Origin: an uncultured Planctomycetaceae bacterium
Lineage (GTDB): Bacteria > Planctomycetota > Planctomycetia > Planctomycetales > Planctomycetaceae
Direction of reading: 5' to 3'
Assembly: GCA_903924405.1 (NCBI GenBank)
Contig: CAIYBH010000471.1
Span: 152-64,151, forward strand
DNA length: 64,000 nt
The notes under the pieces were generated by a model that did no database searches, was not told the DNA's origin, and saw only the letters and a list, made by a program, of their open reading frames with translations. Shown here one piece after another: positions 9,565 to 19,051 of the stretch (positions within the stretch are counted from its first letter, which is position 1; the number at the start of each line of letters is the position of its first letter). The position numbers and the translations under genes were made by a program.

Positions 9565-10792
9565 AAAAAAAGGTCCATCCGGGAATTGTGTGGATTTGGT
9601 ATGATTTCGTTTTTGGAGGGAGTCCCCAGGCAGGACCGAGAGCTGTGCCGGGAAATTCGCGGCTTGAAGGGTCGGTGGTCGGTGTCGAAGGGGATGCTGA
9701 ACCCGGAGCGGCAGCATGTGAATGCGACTATCCAGCATCCCTCCGGTACGAACTTTTGTTGTCCTGATTTTTCCGCAACGCTGCCCTGCTGCGATCATAA
9801 TGATGAGCGCCATTGGCGGGACCTTGACAGATTTCAGTGCAAGGCCTTCTTCACGCCCAGTATTCCACGAGTCCACTGTCCTGAGCAAGGTGTCAAACAG
9901 ATTCGAGTGCCCCGGGTCGAGAAAGGCAGCCGGTTCACAATTCTCTTTGAGCTATTTGCCATTCTGGTCCGGCTGGGACTCAAACAGTCAAAGGTGTAAT
10001 GAGCATCCTGCGGACGAAATGGGACCAGACGTGGTCGATCGTGGCACATGCGGTCGCGAGGGGCAATGTTCGCAATGAAACGCAGACTGTGGCTCGGCTG
10101 TGGGATCGACGAGAAGGCTTTTCTCAAGTGGAAAAACTACATCACGCTGCTGAATGATCCGGGCAACAGCACGGTCGAAGCAATCAGCGATGGAAATGAG
10201 TGCCGCGTATGTCAAAGCTGCGAAGCACGTCATTCTGCAGGCGGAAAAAAAATCGTGCATGGTCGATTTTACGTCACTCAGATAGCGACGAAGGCTGTGA
10301 CAAAGTAGGCCGCGGGCAGCCTCGCCAATGGATGACAGACGGCGATAATTCTCTGAGCAGAACAAAGTGCGTCTGGTTCACGAGCTTCGAGAATTTCTCT
10401 GGGAAACAGCAGGCGAGCTTCGATGCAGCTTATGACCTGCAGTTACAGACCGGAAAGGCATGGGATTACAAGGAAATGCTCTGCAATCTGTGGAGCCAAT
10501 CCAGTGCCGCGTGCGCGACGACTTACTTCAACAACTGGTACAAGCGAGTCGTTTACACAAAGTGTGAGCCGGTGCAGGACGTTGCGAGATTGATCAGGGA
10601 ACGCCTGAGGAATGTTGTGAGCTACTGCGCTCACTGCATAACCAACGCCGTAGCCAAAAAGGCGAACAGCCCAATCATGTCGATCAAACGCCGTGTCGGG
10701 GGCTTCAGAAACCGCCAAAACTTCAAAACGGCCATCTTCTGCGACTGCGGCGGTCTCAGCCTTGCCCCACCATAGAACCGGATGGATTTTTT
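9565..10792 (+). mobile_element. Decayed ISL3-like insertion sequence with candidate imperfect terminal inverted repeats
   Basis: Left: AAAAAAAGGTCCATCCGG (9565-9582). Right: CCGGATGGATTTTTT (10778-10792). They share an inverted 9-mer TCCATCCGG plus an A/T run and directly flank the transposase remnant. No target-site duplication identified. Confidence 0.4.
9586..10775 (+). pseudogene. ISL3-family transposase pseudogene (at least 3 frameshifts, internal deletion)
   Basis: Homology runs through different frames. (1) 9586-9999: IRGLKGRWSV...CCPDFSATLPCCDHNDERHWRDLDRFQCKAFFTPSIPRVHCPEQGVKQIRVPRVEKGSRFTILFELFAI, the zf-ISL3 region with the conserved VPW changed to VPR. (2) ~9999-10100: MSILRTKWDQTWSIVAHAVARG. 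(3) 10048-10308: LGCGIDEKAFLKWKNYITLLND...GRFYVTQIATKAV. (4) 10200-10775: ...SFENFSGKQQASFDAAYDLQLQTGKAWDYKEMLCNLW...ITNAVAKKANSPIMSIKRRVGGFRNRQNFKTAIFCDCGGLSLAPP, the typical ISL3 C-terminus. The segment between the DEK block and the D.FHV block is much shorter than in intact ISL3 enzymes. Confidence 0.75.
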
Positions 10793-10808
10793 CTTTCCAT
10801 GGAGTGGG

Positions 10809-13800
10809 TTACTTTCGTGGCAGGGCGATCGGCCGCAGGTCAGTCGGTTGCACGTCCTGATCCCACGTGTCTGACCAGCCATCCCAGTGAATTCGCACGG
10901 TGCGATCCGGGTTCATTCGCAGGATGGTGACGGGCGACCACCCTGAACCGTAGCGGATTTCGGCTTTTTCTCCCTGTTTCCACGTCTGTCGGGATCCCGG
11001 GCTGAGTGCTGCGGTGGTTGCAGCGAAGGCGGCAGCGTTGGTGGGTGACAATCTGGCAAAATGAACCACCGTATTGAATCCCTCGCTTTCAACCCACGCA
11101 AACAGGTCGTTGTCGCCAGTTGAGCAGGCCGTACCGCGCGAGCCGGCTTCGGGTGGGGCTGTAATCGCCGCCGGCGACTGATCGGCAATCCGCCATGCCT
11201 GGAGTTTGCCCCAGCCAAGAGCGACGACCGTTTTCCCGGAATCCGCGAGCAGCAGGCCAGTCAGCGGGGCATTTCGCGCCATGGGAATCGTGGCGACCTC
11301 CCTGCCGGAACTCGTCTCAAAAAAACGCAGGCTTCCGTCCCGATTCCCATCAACGATCAGTAGTTTCCCATTTTGAGAAAACACGGCAGCACCGGGCGAT
11401 TTGTCTCCAAGGGAGATGACGTCTGGCTGTTTTTCATTCCGTGGGGAGAATTTCGCGAGATCGCGGCCATCCGTCACATACACGTCGCGCCCATCTGTAC
11501 TGACCCAGCCGCCGCGAATATCCGACTTCAGGGGATTCTGCAGTACTCGAATGGCTTTACGAGTCCGAAGATTCCAGACATGCAGTTGCTGATTCACACA
11601 CACCGAGAGGACAGTGGTCCCGTCACGACTGATTATCACGTGTTTCAATTCCGCGTGTGAGCCGCTGTCAAGGTGCCCCCGATACGCTTCCACAAACTTC
11701 ATTTCACCCGTCTGCGTGACGTCAAAGACGAGTATCTGGCCATCTCGCCCTGCCACCAGAATCTGTTTTCCCTGCGGGCTGAGACAGAGCATGGTGCCCC
11801 AGGTAATGTCATTCAGCGGCACGGTGGTTCCGATGATTTCCCCGGTGCGTGTGTCCGCCAGCATCAGGGCATTTGTATTGGTGGCCAGTACCAGTCGACT
11901 TCCGTCGGGTGATAATGCCATGGCCGCGGCGCGCACCTGAGGAAAGGAGATTCGGGGCACAATCGTGCGGGACGCATTCATCCGGGCGCTGCTGTCGGCT
12001 GACTCCGGGTCGACGCTCAGCAGCAGCGAGGCTTCTCGAAAGACTTCCGTAAATGAATCGCGTTTCATGGTGCCTCCCGGTACGCGCAGGGCACCCAGTG
12101 ATCGCGGGAGCCCCGGCAGTTGTTCCATACGTTTCAGAAACTCGGCCTGAGTCAGACCAAATTCTGCGGCAGCCATGGAGGTTGGGATTTCCGCCTGAAA
12201 CCGCTGCGACATACTGGAAACCGGTTCACCGGCACGGCTGGTATTGATAATTCCCAGTTGGCTGAGGGTTTTCAGGTAGGCCTGACCGTCCGCCTGATAG
12301 TAACGGTCAAGTGCACTCTGGCCTGGATAAATGGCCTGCAGGTAGCCCACGTTGTCGAACGAACTGCCGTTGATCTCCAGAAACGGGCGAATTTCGTCCT
12401 CTTTACGAATGATGCCGGCGAAATGGCAGGAGAAGCAGGACACACCATTGATCACGGTTCGGTCATGAGTGGCCGGGTCACTGACGATGGCCGTTGGCCC
12501 GCTGTCCAGCCGAGCTCCCGAGCCATCAGAGAGCATGTACCCCTGCAGCCCATTTGGGAGCGTGAAGATCAACTCTCCCCCGTCATGCAGAAACGCCTGA
12601 TCTCCAACGGGGCCCTCTGGATACTCAAACAAATTCTGCCGTCCGGTGTTGGCGGCAAAGTCGTAGCTTTTCCAGTAGGCGCCATAAGCGATTTCGTGAC
12701 GTTCGATGAGACGATTATTTCGGGAGACTCCCGAGCGGTTGAAGCCGGCGCGAACGATTTTCTCCTGTTCGATATTGGCGGGCGCATCCACATGCAGTAG
12801 CAGCTCCAGCTCTTTTTCCGTATCCGGGATTCGCAGTACCTGGTGGTACAGCGGCGGGCGCGATGCCTTGAATACAAACCAATCGGCCCTGACCCACGGT
12901 TCCGGCGTGCCACACTGCTCAGCACAGGCGTCTGCCATTGGGATATCGGGTTCAAATGGGTACGGATTGACTCCCAGAATCTGCTCCCAGATTTCGCTGC
13001 TCCAGTTCAAATCCCGAATATCAAGGCGCAGAATTGTGCGGCTGTCATTCACTTCATGAGGCAGTACGATCTGTCGTCCCCACGAAAGACTATTGACCAG
13101 CTTTGCAAAGGCCAGGCGGTAGGTCTGCATTTCTTCTTCAGAAACGCCGGCGTTGTACAGATGGGTCAGAGTGAAATAGCGAATGAACCGACGGCTGCGT
13201 TCATTCAGAGTCATTAAATCGGCATGGATCGTCTGAACTACCTGTTCGGCTGTGATGAAGGTTCGCTTTGATTGACTGGAAGGAATGGGGGCGCCGTTTT
13301 GTATCCATTGCCGAATCGTCTGGATCTGCGTCGCGGTCAACTGTGGCATTTCTCCCGCCGGGGGCATCAGCGTTGCTGAATCTGTCGAGGCGATGCGGCG
13401 GATCAGCAGCGATGATTCCGGATCTCCGGGCCGTACCAGAAACTCGCGAACTTTTTCCAGGCTGGCCACATAGTTCATGCCGCCTTCGTTCGTTCCACCT
13501 TCTCCGTGGCAGCGATAACAGGCGGTTTTCAGGATGCTGGCAACAGCCTGGGCCTCTGCGACCGATGCCGCGGTTTCCGCGACAGGAACCGGCTGCGGCG
13601 GCAGGCTCCGCCCGGCCAGCAACTCCTCATTCGGCAACAACGGCGCCCCTGGCGACTCAGTAGCCCCTGCCCCGGGTTCCAGTGGAGACGTCTCTAACGC
13701 AGAAGACGCTGCAGGAGCCGAAGACGCGGAGATTTCCGTTGGTTTTTCAGTGCGACCTGCCACGGACGCGTTTTCCGGAGACGACTCGACGCTGCTCGGC

Positions 13801-14342
13801 GGGGATGACGGAGCGGGGGATGGTAATTGGGAAGGCTCGTCTGCCGCCAGCAGATTTTTGAGATCCACGGGTGCCTGTTGCGAAACGTCCGCGGGTGGCA
13901 GAGCAGGTTTCGCTGATACCGGTCCCCCGGCAAACTCCGAGGAAGGCGTCGTGAGGAATTCGGGCGGCTGGCCACCGTCCGAAGAATCGAGCCCCTGCGG
14001 CGGCGACGTGTCTCCGGAAAACGAAAGCAATAGCGATACACTCAGCAGTGCCACCGCGATCACACCGGCGCCGATTTTCCAGACCCCGGTCAGACTTTGA
14101 GGCTGCGGGGCGACGGAGTGTGCCACCGGATTTTTCAGCACCTGCTGCTCCGACGGTTCGAGCGGCCTTGTGCTGCCGCTGCGTCCCGACCGGGGAGCAA
14201 CGGGCGACGGGACAGCAGGAAGTTCGCCGCCGACGACTGAGACGGCGGATGCACAGTCGGGACACCGAATTCGTTTGCCAGCCAGGGCGTCGTCAACGCG
14301 AATATTACGACCACACTGCGGACACACACACACGATAGACAT
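10809..14342 (-). CDS. Membrane-anchored multidomain protein: N-terminal zinc ribbon, TM helix, low-complexity linker, PSCyt1 (planctomycete cytochrome c) domain, large conserved middle region with one CxxCH, WD40-like repeats, C-terminal Tudor/SH3-like module
   Basis: ORF 10809..14381 begins at a TTG; the first ATG (14342) gives MSIVCVCPQCGRNIRVDDALAGKRIRCPDCASAV (CxxC...CxxC). TM: IGAGVIAVALLSVSLLLSF. PSCyt1 motif: CYRCHGEGGTNEGGMNYV...LMPP...QIQTIRQWIQNGAP. Single heme motif: CFSCHFAG. Repeats: LSPDGSRLVLAT.., LSPQGKQILVAGRDGQILVFD. C-terminus: WKQGEKAEIRYGSGWSPVTILRMNPDRTVRIHWDGWSDTWDQDV. Confidence 0.85.
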   Translation of the reverse strand: MSIVCVCPQCGRNIRVDDALAGKRIRCPDCASAVSVVGGELPAVPSPVAPRSGRSGSTRPLEPSEQQVLKNPVAHSVAPQPQSLTGVWKIGAGVIAVALLSVSLLLSFSGDTSPPQGLDSSDGGQPPEFLTTPSSEFAGGPVSAKPALPPADVSQQAPVDLKNLLAADEPSQLPSPAPSSPPSSVESSPENASVAGRTEKPTEISASSAPAASSALETSPLEPGAGATESPGAPLLPNEELLAGRSLPPQPVPVAETAASVAEAQAVASILKTACYRCHGEGGTNEGGMNYVASLEKVREFLVRPGDPESSLLIRRIASTDSATLMPPAGEMPQLTATQIQTIRQWIQNGAPIPSSQSKRTFITAEQVVQTIHADLMTLNERSRRFIRYFTLTHLYNAGVSEEEMQTYRLAFAKLVNSLSWGRQIVLPHEVNDSRTILRLDIRDLNWSSEIWEQILGVNPYPFEPDIPMADACAEQCGTPEPWVRADWFVFKASRPPLYHQVLRIPDTEKELELLLHVDAPANIEQEKIVRAGFNRSGVSRNNRLIERHEIAYGAYWKSYDFAANTGRQNLFEYPEGPVGDQAFLHDGGELIFTLPNGLQGYMLSDGSGARLDSGPTAIVSDPATHDRTVINGVSCFSCHFAGIIRKEDEIRPFLEINGSSFDNVGYLQAIYPGQSALDRYYQADGQAYLKTLSQLGIINTSRAGEPVSSMSQRFQAEIPTSMAAAEFGLTQAEFLKRMEQLPGLPRSLGALRVPGGTMKRDSFTEVFREASLLLSVDPESADSSARMNASRTIVPRISFPQVRAAAMALSPDGSRLVLATNTNALMLADTRTGEIIGTTVPLNDITWGTMLCLSPQGKQILVAGRDGQILVFDVTQTGEMKFVEAYRGHLDSGSHAELKHVIISRDGTTVLSVCVNQQLHVWNLRTRKAIRVLQNPLKSDIRGGWVSTDGRDVYVTDGRDLAKFSPRNEKQPDVISLGDKSPGAAVFSQNGKLLIVDGNRDGSLRFFETSSGREVATIPMARNAPLTGLLLADSGKTVVALGWGKLQAWRIADQSPAAITAPPEAGSRGTACSTGDNDLFAWVESEGFNTVVHFARLSPTNAAAFAATTAALSPGSRQTWKQGEKAEIRYGSGWSPVTILRMNPDRTVRIHWDGWSDTWDQDVQPTDLRPIALPRK

Positions 14343-14853
14343 GATGAAAGGCCCGGACGACTCTGAACGGCAGCAGGACAACGGTCACTCAGGAACTGAT
14401 GAGTCTGATCGAAGGGGCGCTTCACTGTCAAGTTGGGCCGATACCAGCCGCGACTGTAACGCAATCACCCGCTGTGGTACACAGTTCGACCACGTTCGCT
14501 TTGATGGCCCGCGTTTCCGTCCCTTACCGTGCTCGTGCTTGTTTAAGCCAACTTCCTGGGGTATCAGTGATGCTTGCGCTGACGGCGTGACAAAAAGGAT
14601 GGCGGGGCTTCGGCGTCGATTTTGATTTCGGCTTCCAGCACGAGCACGAGCAAAGGGGGCTGGAAAACCGGGGGGGATCGCACCGAAAGGGCTACTCGCA
14701 GAAGAACCCATGGGGAATGCTCAGAATTCGCTGTTTTCCGGGCAGGATTTTTCAGCGGTCCCCCCAGGTCCCGATGGAATGCGGGATGACGATTTGCCTG
14801 CCGAGGCTATGATGCAGCCATTCCGTTCGATTTCCTGCTGCCGGGAGATTTCC

Positions 14854-15381
14854 ATGTCGCTTCCTGATCATCACCATCACTTCGCCCGCGTCGAAGATTA
14901 TCTGCACCATCGAGCCCCCTACCTGATGGTCAGTGGCATCGATGAGATCGGGGATCGTTCCATTCAGACCACGACCCACGTGTCAGAGGACATGGATTTT
15001 CTGCGGGGACATTTCCCCGGAGCGCCGATTGTGCCTGGCGCCATGCTGCAGGAGGTGACCACGCAGAGCGCGGGAATCCTGCTGGCCGCTCGGTTCAATC
15101 CGATGGAACAGTTCAACACCCATGATCCATTCTTCAACCAGTACGCACTTGGTGTGCTGATTCGGGTCAAGGGCGCCCGTTTCCGTGGTTTTGTTCGCCC
15201 CGGGGACGTGCTCACGACCGAGGTGGAACTGATCGAACGTGTGGAAGACATCTTTGATTTTCAGGGGCGGATTCTGAATCGCGGCAAAGTGGTGATGAGC
15301 AACTGCTTTCAGCTGGCCAACATTCTGTCCAGTACCCTGCAGGGAAACACGCCGAGGGCCGCGGCAGAAGCCAGTGTCTGA
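14854..15381 (+). CDS. FabZ/FabA-like 3-hydroxyacyl-ACP dehydratase family (hot-dog fold) protein
   Basis: FLRGHFPGAPIVPGAMLQEVTTQSAGIL matches the FabZ active-site region (HFPxxPvxPGvL..E). The ATG at 14854 is preceded by GGAG at 14844-14847. The longer ORF from 14710 adds an unconvincing N-terminus. Confidence 0.75.
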   Translation: MSLPDHHHHFARVEDYLHHRAPYLMVSGIDEIGDRSIQTTTHVSEDMDFLRGHFPGAPIVPGAMLQEVTTQSAGILLAARFNPMEQFNTHDPFFNQYALGVLIRVKGARFRGFVRPGDVLTTEVELIERVEDIFDFQGRILNRGKVVMSNCFQLANILSSTLQGNTPRAAAEASV

Positions 15382-15605
15382 CCACTGTGATGGCTGATTG
15401 CACTGCGAGAATAGCCGCGGAAATGACGAGTGGACAGTCACCGCATGGATTCCGCTGTGTCGATGCACGGCTTGCCTGGTATTCCTTCAGCATTCTTCTC
15501 ACAATACAGGCAGAACCCTCAGTCATTCCTGCGTTCGGCAACGTCGCCTCCCGCAGGAATCGATGTGTGTGCGTACCGCAGATGCGGATCTGCAGGAGAA
15601 ACCTG

Positions 15606-16466
15606 ATGAAACTTGTGCGCAGTCTCTGTGTTGTCATGCTTGTGGGCGGTCTGCTGTCGGCAGCCCTGCATGCTGAAGAGAAGAAAAAGTCCCGCGTGCT
15701 GATGCTGACGCAAAGCGCCGGTTTTATGCATGGCAGCGTGCGTCGTCCCGCTGCAGACAAGTTGGCGGTTGCCGAAGTGGCCATGATCCAACTGGGTGAG
15801 AAAACCGGGCTGTTCCAGGTCGACTGTACTCAGGATGCCGCGTCGGATTTCACGAAAGACAACCTGAAGAACTACGACATCGTGATGTTCTACACCACGG
15901 GAGCGCTGCCGATCGCGGAGGCGGACCGGGACTACTTTTTCAAAGAGTGGCTGACAGCAAAAGGCCACGGATTCGTCGGCTTTCATTCGGCTGCGGATAC
16001 CTACGGCGACTACCAGCCTTACTGGGACATGGTTGGAGGTACGTTCAATGGTCACCCGTGGAATGCTGGCGACACCGTGACCATTAAAGTGCACGATGCT
16101 GCTCATCCCCTGATGAAGTCCTTCGGCGCGGAATTCACAATTCGTGACGAGATCTACCAGTACAAAAACTGGCAGCCGGAAAAGGTTCGCGTGCTGATGA
16201 GTCTGGATATGTCCAAATGCAAGCCTGCTATGCCTTACCATGTCCCGGTGGCATGGGTAAAGAACTATGGTGAAGGGCGAGTGTACTTCAATAATCTCGG
16301 GCACAACGAAACGTCCTGGGCCGATGAACGGTATCTCACCTCGATCACGGAAGCCGTCAAATGGATTCGGGGAGAAGTGGAACTGGACGCCACGCCCAAC
16401 GCGGAACTGTCTGCTGAACAGGAAAAGGTAGCCAAAGCCGCTGCGGATGCTGCCAGGGCGAAGTGA
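15606..16466 (+). CDS. Secreted ThuA-domain protein (trehalose-utilisation-like, class I glutamine-amidotransferase-like fold)
   Basis: The ATG at 15606, with GGAG 7 nt upstream, gives the signal peptide MKLVRSLCVVMLVGGLLSAALHAEE. Typical ThuA blocks: RVLMLTQSAGFMH, YDIVMFYTTG, GFVGFHSAADT, W..YWDMVGGTFNGHPW, VAWVKNYGEGRVYFNNLGH. Confidence 0.85.
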   Translation: MKLVRSLCVVMLVGGLLSAALHAEEKKKSRVLMLTQSAGFMHGSVRRPAADKLAVAEVAMIQLGEKTGLFQVDCTQDAASDFTKDNLKNYDIVMFYTTGALPIAEADRDYFFKEWLTAKGHGFVGFHSAADTYGDYQPYWDMVGGTFNGHPWNAGDTVTIKVHDAAHPLMKSFGAEFTIRDEIYQYKNWQPEKVRVLMSLDMSKCKPAMPYHVPVAWVKNYGEGRVYFNNLGHNETSWADERYLTSITEAVKWIRGEVELDATPNAELSAEQEKVAKAAADAARAK

Positions 16467-16529
16467 ACGCCTGACCTCGCCGCCCCGCCGCCGCGCCCGT
16501 AACGCTGCCGGGGCGCTGTGTCTTCCAGG

Positions 16530-16554
16530 GAACCCGTCTATGGCGGGTTCTTTT
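16530..16554 (+). terminator. Candidate intrinsic terminator after the ThuA gene
   Basis: GAACCCG-tctatgg-CGGGTTC (7-bp stem) followed by TTTT, 64 nt after the stop codon. Confidence 0.5.
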
Positions 16555-17083
16555 CAGGGGGGACTGGCAGGACCTGGTTCTCCTCCAGCACTCACCTGGA
16601 CATGTGCAGGTATTTGGGGAACGCTGTGGGCTGAAGTATCGAACCACAACGCCGACGGCTGGGATAGCGAAACGCCGCGTATCCCGGCAATAGTCGCCTT
16701 TCGCTCCGCCTAAACGTGCCGGCTTTTCCCAGCCGAAGCCCCGGGGCGACATCTCCAGGCAATTCACCAGAAGACGCCCTGCCCCCCCGTCTCTGCACCG
16801 TGTCGCTATTCCATTCGAGGGCATGCCGCGCGTGCCATGGACGTCGATCGAAACTGCGCCGCCCCGACACGGGACGGCTAACGCCGCGCAGACGGGCAGT
16901 TTCGGCCGATCGCAACTGTGCACGTACACTCTGGTGCACTGTGAGACTGCTTCTCGCCTGATCCCCTCGAATACCCTCACTCGACTGCTGATTCGTGCTT
17001 GCAGTGAACAGGTGTCCTGTTGTATTTCGGGGGAATATAGGCAATGCAGGAGTTATAAGTGATTGAGTTTTCGGACAAACGGC

Positions 17084-19051
17084 ATGTGGGTTGTTAACCT
17101 GATTCGCTTCGCTCGCACCGCCCTTGAGTGGGTGACCGGGGGCGGCGTCGATTCTGTGCGGCAGCCGACCACTGGGTGTGCGAAGGGTGTGCGGCGTGAC
17201 GGCCTGCTGATCGTGCTTGCTCTGCACCTGCTGCGAGCCACGTTAGCGTGGTCTGAGGAATCAGCGCGTGTGGGGACCGTGGGGCGTGCGAGCCTGGACG
17301 AAGTGACCGAGGCCGGAACCGAAAACGACGCGGACTTTCCATGGGTTTTGCGACGATTTCCGGAGGCCGAACAGCAGCGTGAGTTGCCTGCTGGTGAAAA
17401 CCCAACGGACGCTGTCAACGGGGCCGGCGCGCAGATCGTGCCGGATCGTTGGCGTTCGCCATTTCCGATTGCGGACCGTTATCAGGGACGGAAACAACAT
17501 CCGGATCAGCCATATAAACCCCGCACACCCTGGGATCCGTATCACCAGCACGTATTGAAGGGGGACTACCCGATTTTCGGCGAGGACACTTTTCTGAACT
17601 TCAGGGTTTCCAATCAACTTCTGTATGAGCGACGGGAGGTTCCGGCCAGTGCATGGAACGGCAGTCAAACGCAGACCCCGGGCGCAATCCGCAGTATCGG
17701 CGATCCGCACCAGCAGTTTTTTGCGGACAGTCTGCGGTTGCAGGTCAGTGTTTTTCAGGGCGACGCGTCATATCAGCCGGTGGACTGGCAGATCCGTATG
17801 ACTCCGGTGCTGAACAGGAATTATCTGGAGGCGAATGAACTGGGAGTGGTTTCTGCGGACCCGGCCAGTGGCAAGGTGCGTAATCAGGGTGATATTGCTT
17901 TTGATGAATGGTTCGCCGAATGGCGGCTGGCCGACTTGAACACGGATTTTGACTTTATGTCAGTCCGAGCGGGATCACAGTGGTTTGTGAGTGATTTTCG
18001 GGGACTGATTTTCGCTGATACCAATCGAGCCGTGCGTGTGTTCGGCACGGCCGCGGCCAATCGACATCAGTATAATCTGGTCATGCTGGATCAGGCGGAG
18101 AAAGACACGAATAGTTTTCTGAACACTTTTCGGGATCGTCATCAGAACACGCTGATTGCCAACTACTATATCCAGGACTTCGTAACCCCGGGCTATACTG
18201 TACAATTCAGTCTGCACTACAACGATGACCAGGCGGATCAGCAACAGGACGATAATGGATTTCCGGTGCGACCGGCTCCGGTGGGCTCCACGTATTCTCA
18301 CGATGTCCGTGCAGCCTACTTAGGATTTGCCGGGGACGGTCATCTGGGTGTCCTGAATATCAGCCACGCGTTTTATCATGTCGAAGGCACTGATGAGTTC
18401 AATGCACTTCAGGGGCAGAGATCGCAGATTCGCGCGAATCTGGCGGCCGTCGAGCTGTCGCTGGATCGCGACTGGATGCGATTTCGAACATCTGTCCTGT
18501 ACGCGTCCGGAGATTCTGATCTTCAGGACGGTCGAGCGTCTGGCTTCGATGCGATCACGGACAATCCCAACTTTGCGGGAGGGCAATTCAGCTTCTGGCA
18601 GCGTCAGCAGATTCGCCTTCTGGGTGTGAATCTGACTCAGCGGGAAAGCCTGCTGCCGAATCTGCGTCCCGGAAAATTTCAGGGACAGGCCAACTTTGTC
18701 AATCCAGGGTTGCGGCTGCTGAATGCGGGAGTGGATTTTGAACTGACGCCAAAACTGCGCACGGTGACAAATGTCAATCTGCTCTGGTTTGATCAGACTG
18801 AGTCTCTTGAATTGCTGGCATCGCGCCAACGCGTGGCGCGGCGAATCGGGACCGACCTGAGTCTGGGGCTTGAGTATCGGCCATTGCTGAATGATCACGT
18901 GATCCTGACGACGGGACTGGCTTCGCTGATTCCGGGTCAGGGATTCATTGACGTATTTGAGGACGACCTGCGTACGGTGACTGCGCTGCACGATCAACAG
19001 AAGCCGGAGACGCTGCATGCGTTGTTCATGGATCTGATGCTGACATGGTGA
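17084..19051 (+). CDS. Predicted outer-membrane beta-barrel protein (alginate-export/porin-like)
   Basis: ORF 17063..19051 starts at a TTG; the first ATG is 17084. An in-frame GTG at 17189 would give a clean signal peptide (M)RRDGLLIVLALHLLRATLAWSEE. Amphipathic strand pattern runs throughout (SLRLQVSVF, WQIRMTPVL, VQFSLHYN, AAVELSLDRDWMRFRTSVLYA, GVDFELTPKLRTVTNVNLLWF, LSLGLEYRPL). The C-terminus ends in an aromatic residue (LFMDLMLTW), the usual OMP signature. Confidence 0.7.
   Translation: MWVVNLIRFARTALEWVTGGGVDSVRQPTTGCAKGVRRDGLLIVLALHLLRATLAWSEESARVGTVGRASLDEVTEAGTENDADFPWVLRRFPEAEQQRELPAGENPTDAVNGAGAQIVPDRWRSPFPIADRYQGRKQHPDQPYKPRTPWDPYHQHVLKGDYPIFGEDTFLNFRVSNQLLYERREVPASAWNGSQTQTPGAIRSIGDPHQQFFADSLRLQVSVFQGDASYQPVDWQIRMTPVLNRNYLEANELGVVSADPASGKVRNQGDIAFDEWFAEWRLADLNTDFDFMSVRAGSQWFVSDFRGLIFADTNRAVRVFGTAAANRHQYNLVMLDQAEKDTNSFLNTFRDRHQNTLIANYYIQDFVTPGYTVQFSLHYNDDQADQQQDDNGFPVRPAPVGSTYSHDVRAAYLGFAGDGHLGVLNISHAFYHVEGTDEFNALQGQRSQIRANLAAVELSLDRDWMRFRTSVLYASGDSDLQDGRASGFDAITDNPNFAGGQFSFWQRQQIRLLGVNLTQRESLLPNLRPGKFQGQANFVNPGLRLLNAGVDFELTPKLRTVTNVNLLWFDQTESLELLASRQRVARRIGTDLSLGLEYRPLLNDHVILTTGLASLIPGQGFIDVFEDDLRTVTALHDQQKPETLHALFMDLMLTW

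Noticed and set aside
9199-9888. 229-aa minus-strand ORF
   Set aside because: Composition is not protein-like (Arg/Gln/Pro-rich, no motifs). It overlaps the N-terminal part of the ISL3 remnant, whose plus-strand homology explains the region.
14710-14853. N-terminal extensions of long ORFs produced by TTG/GTG starts (also 15387-15605, 23772-24065, 26627-26866, 50596-50922, 62264-62320)
   Set aside because: In each case a downstream ATG or GTG gives a canonical N-terminus (signal peptide or conserved family start), often with an SD-like GGAG. The extensions have poor composition.
16592-17227. 211-aa minus ORF in the ThuA-barrel intergenic region
   Set aside because: Arg/Pro/Ser-rich with no motifs. 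It overlaps the 5' end of the barrel ORF and is more likely non-coding promoter/leader sequence.
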